NCBI GenBank assembly: GCA_965233585.1
Contig: CBDDTI010000449.1
Span: 1-40,470, forward strand
Reading direction: 5' to 3'
Source: a bacterium
GTDB taxonomy: Bacteria > SAR324 > NAC60-12
DNA: 40,470 bases
A program made the translations under genes and the position numbers. The notes under the pieces are model-generated. The model made no database searches, was not told the DNA's origin, and worked only from the letters and a program-made list of their open reading frames with translations. How positions within the stretch are numbered: position 1 is the first letter of the stretch; each line of letters opens with the position of its first letter. Of the stretch, positions 37,421-40,470 are shown in pieces.

Positions 37421-38329
37421 GATATCCTCCCATTGAATGGCCTGTGGTTTCCTCCAAATGGGGACTGGCTGAAAAGATCCCAAGTCTTGAAAAGTTGCAT
37501 AAACTATGGCATGATCCGCAAAGAAGTTGGAATCCACACATACTGATTGCAACCTACCTATCAACTCAGGGCTGATCCAGACATGGTCTTTTACGCTAGT
37601 GTTTTTACATGTCATGGCGATAGGCTGGTGCCATTTATGCAATGCAATCTCTTGGACTTCTCGGAATCCATGTGCTCGCCAAATGTCGAACTGTGGCAAA
37701 TCCCCTGTCAGGGCATTGAAGTCCCCTGTTATGGCCCGAAAACCCTTTGATTGGAGGACTATGCGCTCTGTGATGTGGCTGAGCAGGGCATCTGTTTTGT
37801 CCTTAGTGGCCTTAGTATGAGCATCTCGTGCGTAGCCATAAAAGGCTCCTACTTTAATCCACTGCTGCTGGACATGTACTGCTGCTGTTTGGATGCGCCC
37901 TGTTTTCCATGCTTGATCATTCCATTGGCCTGGGAGTGGTCTGGTGGGGCAATTGGTTAGTACGCCCACTCCAGTAGCTTTGCCTCCAATGGCAGCTGCA
38001 GATGTGCCGATCAGGGGAGCTGATGCGCTAGGGACAAATTTCCATGAGTCAGGTTGATACTTGGCTTCTTGTTGGAACTTGATGATACCTGGAGCTGACA
38101 AGTGCGTTTCGGCCAATCCCCAGATCCTGGGGTGGCCTTTGCCAGGGGTGTCTTGGAACAAATGTGCCTTCCCAAGAGCTCCGCAAGGGTTGGCTGTCCC
38201 AATGATGAACGGTCCTGATTTGCTGCCTCTCCTACTCTGGCAAAAATCATCAAAATGATGAACTTGAGAAAAGCAAATGTACCAAGTCCATTGCAAAACT
38301 GCCGCTTGGGTGCCTGTGTACTTCGACAT
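37406..38329 (-). CDS. LINE ORF2 N-terminal part: AP-endonuclease-like (EEP) domain
   Basis: EEP motifs GTANPCG, GLAETH, GVGVL, TGDFN, DHVWIS and FADHAIV. The true start is uncertain because of a probable frameshift at ~38218. Confidence 0.9.
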   Translation of the reverse strand: MSKYTGTQAAVLQWTWYICFSQVHHFDDFCQSRRGSKSGPFIIGTANPCGALGKAHLFQDTPGKGHPRIWGLAETHLSAPGIIKFQQEAKYQPDSWKFVPSASAPLIGTSAAAIGGKATGVGVLTNCPTRPLPGQWNDQAWKTGRIQTAAVHVQQQWIKVGAFYGYARDAHTKATKDKTDALLSHITERIVLQSKGFRAITGDFNALTGDLPQFDIWRAHGFREVQEIALHKWHQPIAMTCKNTSVKDHVWISPELIGRLQSVCVDSNFFADHAIVYATFQDLGSFQPVPIWRKPQAIQWEDIPLTK

Positions 38330-38451
38330 GGTCTATCCTGTGTGGGCTTATGGCATGTGATTGGTGGCTGTACATCGGACGAATGAAAAATTCGGGCCTC
38401 ATTGGTATGGGTGGGCGTTGACTCAGCAAAATGCTGGGTCCGCCCTGGGAG

Positions 38452-40468
38452 TCATTCTGTTCTGGATTTCTTGGAAAACAGACGCTCAATATGGTTGAGC
38501 TGCTCCTGCATCTTGGAATCGATATGGCTGTGGATGGCATTGGTTTGCCTCTCCACTTGCGTTTGGACAGCGGTGATCTGGCTTGCCAACTGCCCTGTGA
38601 TCTGAGCTTGCTGTTCATGTTGGTCCTTCCTTGATGGTGGTCTCCATCTTGGCGACTCTCTCCTCCAGGGCAGTGACTCGATCGTCCCCCATGGTGACAT
38701 CGTTGTCGGAAGTTCCTGGCAGGATGGGCTTGGTTTCTCGCATCTTCTTGGCTACTCTGGCTGTGATGACATTAAGATGTTCTTCTCTGATGCCGTTTGA
38801 CTGGGCAGGCTTGCTCACTGTACCCTGGAAATTACCCCATGGGTCATTATCCTGCAGAAAATCAACCTCTTGGTTTGGCACCGCCGGCTTGGAGAGTGCT
38901 GCAATTGTTTTGACGGAGCCCTGCACCTGGTGGGCAATGTGAGTGGGCTTCTGTTTTTTCGGCACCTCAGAAATCAACACGTCAGCATGGGATAACTGAT
39001 ACACCTCGTATTGCGGTCTGGGTGCCGCCTGAATTTCCCACACAACCCCCCGTCCGTCTGGTGTTCTATGCCGTGGTTGGCTTGGGCGGGCTTGCCATCC
39101 CCATGTTGCAAATAACTTCAGTAATGCGGCCCGATTTGACCCGTGTGGAAATGGGCCTGCATGGAAAGTCAAGATCTCGCTGGAGGCCAGGTATGGTGTT
39201 GATGGCTTGTGTTGTGTGTGCACAGCTTGTGCTTCTGAGGCTTTGACTCGGAGGCCGAACCTGTTGCCTGACCTGACCACCACATTCCATTGGGCTGTGG
39301 ACTGGGACGCCAGCAGAACTGCCTGTCGGTCTTGCTTGTTGATCCAAATGACTCGAAACTCCTCATGATGAGACCGGCCATCGTAGCTTCTGGGTTCAAC
39401 ATAGTGGGCTATGGTGCCATGGTGCTGCAAGAGGTCATACCAATCTGCAATTTCAAGCCTGAAACAGGCGGAGAACATGTTCGCATCTGCTGGCTTCATC
39501 CTCTCAAGCTTGTCATTTAACCACTGTCGGTCCCAGATGTCAATGATTGGGCTGTTGCCTTGGACCTTCTGCAGTGCAGGCATGTCATCAACAATGGCTT
39601 TGATGGGTTTGGAACAGAAGGATGCCCATCCCATGTCGGTCAGCTTGTCTCGATAGACTACAACTCGAACGACTTCTGTGCTAACCTCATCAACGACTGT
39701 GGCTTGAGCGGGGGTGAGGCGGCAGACTTCAATTGCTCCGATCTGGATGATCCTGGCCGTGATCAGGATTGGCTCATTGGTCTTTTCGCATCTTGCAGGG
39801 AATCGGATTTCTTCCCCCGATCCATGGATCAGCGGGCTTTGGTAGTCCACGACGATGAGGGCGAGGCCGTGTTTGGACACTGGTTGGGAGAACCTGAGGT
39901 AGGGTACAGCCTGATCGGCCTGTACTACCACCAGTCCCCGTGCTTCAGGGCCAATGCTTGCCAGTGGTATCTGCTTCATCTGTGTGCTTGAGGCATCTCG
40001 GAAAATTCCTTCTGGGATGGCTATGTCAGTGGCAGAGATGTTGACACTTCTCCTGGGTTCCTTGTTGGCTTTCTGTTTGTTCTTTTTGTCGCCAAACTTG
40101 CCTGACTCTGTCCTTGCTTGGATGGCGGCTTGCATTTCACTTGGCAGGACTAGCTGAAGCTTAGGAGTGGCTAAGTTGGCCAATTGCTTGATCTCCTTCC
40201 ATGGGTTGGTAGTTCTGAGTGCTTTGGCAATCGGTTGGCGACCAAGCTTCTCCAGTACAGCTGTGGCCCTGGCTGATGCTTCCTCAGTGGGAACTCCTCT
40301 GTTGTGCAAGGGTGCTTCAAGTTGTTCAGTCAACTCATGATGGGACACTCCTCCGAAGGCAATGGATGCTGGGGGCACAACAGACTGGATGGTATCCCGT
40401 GTTCGCAAGGCATGCTCAAAAATGCTCCTCCATGTGATGGCATTTTCTACCGTGAGTGGTGCTACCGT
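38452..40468 (-). CDS. LINE ORF1 (5'-incomplete; frameshifted near 38630), ending in a coiled coil
   Basis: The 597-aa frame stays open to the window edge (TVAPLTVENAITWRSIFEHALRTRD...). The C-terminal heptad-like DRVTALEERVAKMETTIK continues in another frame as DQHEQQAQITGQLASQITAVQTQVERQ...LFSKKSRTE*. It lies directly upstream of the endonuclease. Confidence 0.85.
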
Positions 40469-40470
40469 CT

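Larger units (their letters stand above)
33194..40470 (-). mobile_element. Non-LTR retrotransposon (LINE) with ORF1 and APE-RT-zf-RNase H ORF2; 5' end outside the window
   Basis: Consecutive long minus-strand ORFs with endonuclease, RT and RNase H motifs. A ~180-bp 3' UTR ends in a short A run (T5 at 33194-33198 on +); the exact 3' end is uncertain. Confidence 0.95.

Noticed and set aside
38329..38455. ATGA stop-start coupling of LINE ORF1 and ORF2
   Set aside because: The ATG overlapping the ORF1 stop is in the frame of the 38329 ORF, but four stops (TGA, TGA, TAA, TAG) intervene.
33197..40437. Plus-strand ORFs (60-185 aa) within the LINE
   Set aside because: They are antisense shadows of the long minus-strand reading frames, with no motifs.

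Overview
Eukaryotic genomic DNA, most likely a Symbiodiniaceae dinoflagellate. This is inferred from micro-exons with GT/GC/GA donors and AG|G acceptors, head-to-tail genes on one strand, and the repeat types. 1-13731 is a tandem array of ~2.1-kb units (six complete, one shorter) built from repeat fragments. ~14100-16545 is an inverted relative of the same repeat that appears heavily eroded by C>T/G>A changes and ends at a sharp compositional boundary. 16900-33100 holds two hand-assembled minus-strand multi-exon genes: an ~18-22-exon low-complexity/coiled-coil protein, and the 3' end of a protein carrying the PKS ketoreductase structural-subdomain motif (EGEDEVRFLGGDAYVPRL). Their introns contain MITEs and a DINE-1/Helentron-like element. 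33194-40470 is a near-complete minus-strand LINE (ORF1; APE-RT-zinc knuckle-RNase H) with a non-canonical RT active site (FVDN) and four small frameshifts. Most ORFs in the supplied track are spurious. Exon models were derived by eye and need RNA-seq confirmation.
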